This document shows, piece by piece, positions 62,880 to 64,000 of a stretch of DNA of 64,000 nt. Both the position numbers and the translations under genes were made by a program. The stretch is from the human T2T-CHM13v2.0 reference genome, Homo sapiens, in NCBI RefSeq assembly GCF_009914755.1, contig NC_060940.1. The stretch is one strand, 5' to 3'. Each line of letters starts with the position of its first letter. Position 1 is the stretch's first letter. Below the pieces are notes generated by a model that had not been told where the DNA came from, made no database searches, and worked only from the letters and a program-made list of their open reading frames with translations.

Positions 62880-64000
62880 TCTTTTTCTTTTATTTTTCTT
62901 AACTTTGTATTAAAATGTAGCATATATTGGAAAGTTCCTCAAGTTAACATATTCTTATAACCAGCACCAAGATCAAGAAACAGAACAACTAGGGGCCTTG
63001 CATCCCCTTCCAGTCACTGCACCTCCAAGGGTAATCATTGCCTTAACATCTATTACTGTAGATTTATTAAATATTATTTGATTAAAATATTATCTCTTAA
63101 AATATTATCAATGGAATCATATTCTTTCATATCTGACTTCTTTCATGTAGCATGTTTGTGAGATTAATCCACCTTGTTCTGTGTGGTTGTGGTTTCTTCA
63201 TGCTTGTTGATGTATAGCATTTCACTTTATGAACAAACATTTATCTATTCCTTTTCCTGTTGATGTACATTTGGGTAGTTTTCAGCTTGAGGCTATTGTT
63301 AGCAGTACTTACTCATATATTTTGATGAACATATGTATGGACTTCTTTTGGAACGGGAGTTGTTGGGTCATAGGGTAGCTACATGTTGGCTTTAGAAGAT
63401 AGGGCCAACAGTTTTCTACAGTGATTGGGCCATTTTACACTTCTGTGAGGGGGTTCCACTTGATTCACAGCCTTGCCAACGCTTTTCTGTCCTTTTCATT
63501 TTAGCCATTCTTGTGGGTGGTATTGCATTTGGGTTTTAATTTAAATTTTCTTCATGACTAATGAAGTTGGAGGCATTTTTAGGAGTTAAATTTTCTATGC
63601 TCTTTTTTTCTCAGCTTTTTATTATGAAAATCTTAAAACACAGAAAAGTTGAAAGGCTGGCATAATGAAAATGCATATACTTAGTACCTAGAGTTAAACA
63701 ATTGTTAGCCTTTTGCTATATTTGCTTCTTGTGCATGTGTGTGTGTGTATATATATACACATATACATACATATATATAATTGTTTTGCTGATCCATTGT
63801 AAAGGAAGTTGCAGTCATAATTACACTTGACTCATAATTACACCATTATCTCCTAGAAATAGATATTTTCTACATAACCATAAAACCATGATCATATATA
63901 ACATAATTAACAATAATTTCCTAAAAATACTATGTAACAGTCTGTGTGCAAGTCTCCTCAGTTGTCCCCAAAGTACCGGTAATCTACTTTTTTGAACCAG
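62880..64000 (-). mobile_element. Old L1 (L1MC/MD/ME) 3' fragments
   Basis: gatcaagaaacagaaca; gggtcatagggtag; ttgtccccaaa. Confidence 0.65.

Overview
Primate (human-like) non-coding genomic DNA. I find no protein-coding exon, RNA gene or CRISPR array; nearly all supplied ORFs are translations of Alu, L1 or LTR sequence. Contents: the 3' part of a MER4-group endogenous retrovirus (1-4582) with ERVL-like pro/pol relics, about 48 Alu copies or fragments (most in the first 35 kb), many old L1/L2/MIR pieces, MaLR and ERV LTRs (THE1, MLT1, MST, MER31-like, MER11), DNA transposon relics (MER44, Charlie1, MER5, MER20, MER81, MER47) and a near-full-length minus-strand L1MA (40705-51690) with nested insertions. 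The best functional candidate is a CpG-retaining unique element at about 23900-24720 with a CTCF core plus upstream motif, MYB-type motifs and candidate splice sites, next to an unusually CpG-rich AluS. The most unusual structures are DNA-repair and retrotransposition fossils: short insertions copied from sequence 2-3 kb away (2188-2237, 45758-45817), a 3'-truncated L1 with a TSD but no poly(A), TSD-flanked left-arm-only Alus, probable Alu-Alu gene conversion and a locally duplicated RTE-like relic. I see no convincing new multi-gene system. Repeat subfamily calls come from recalled consensus sequences, not from a search, and boundaries are approximate.
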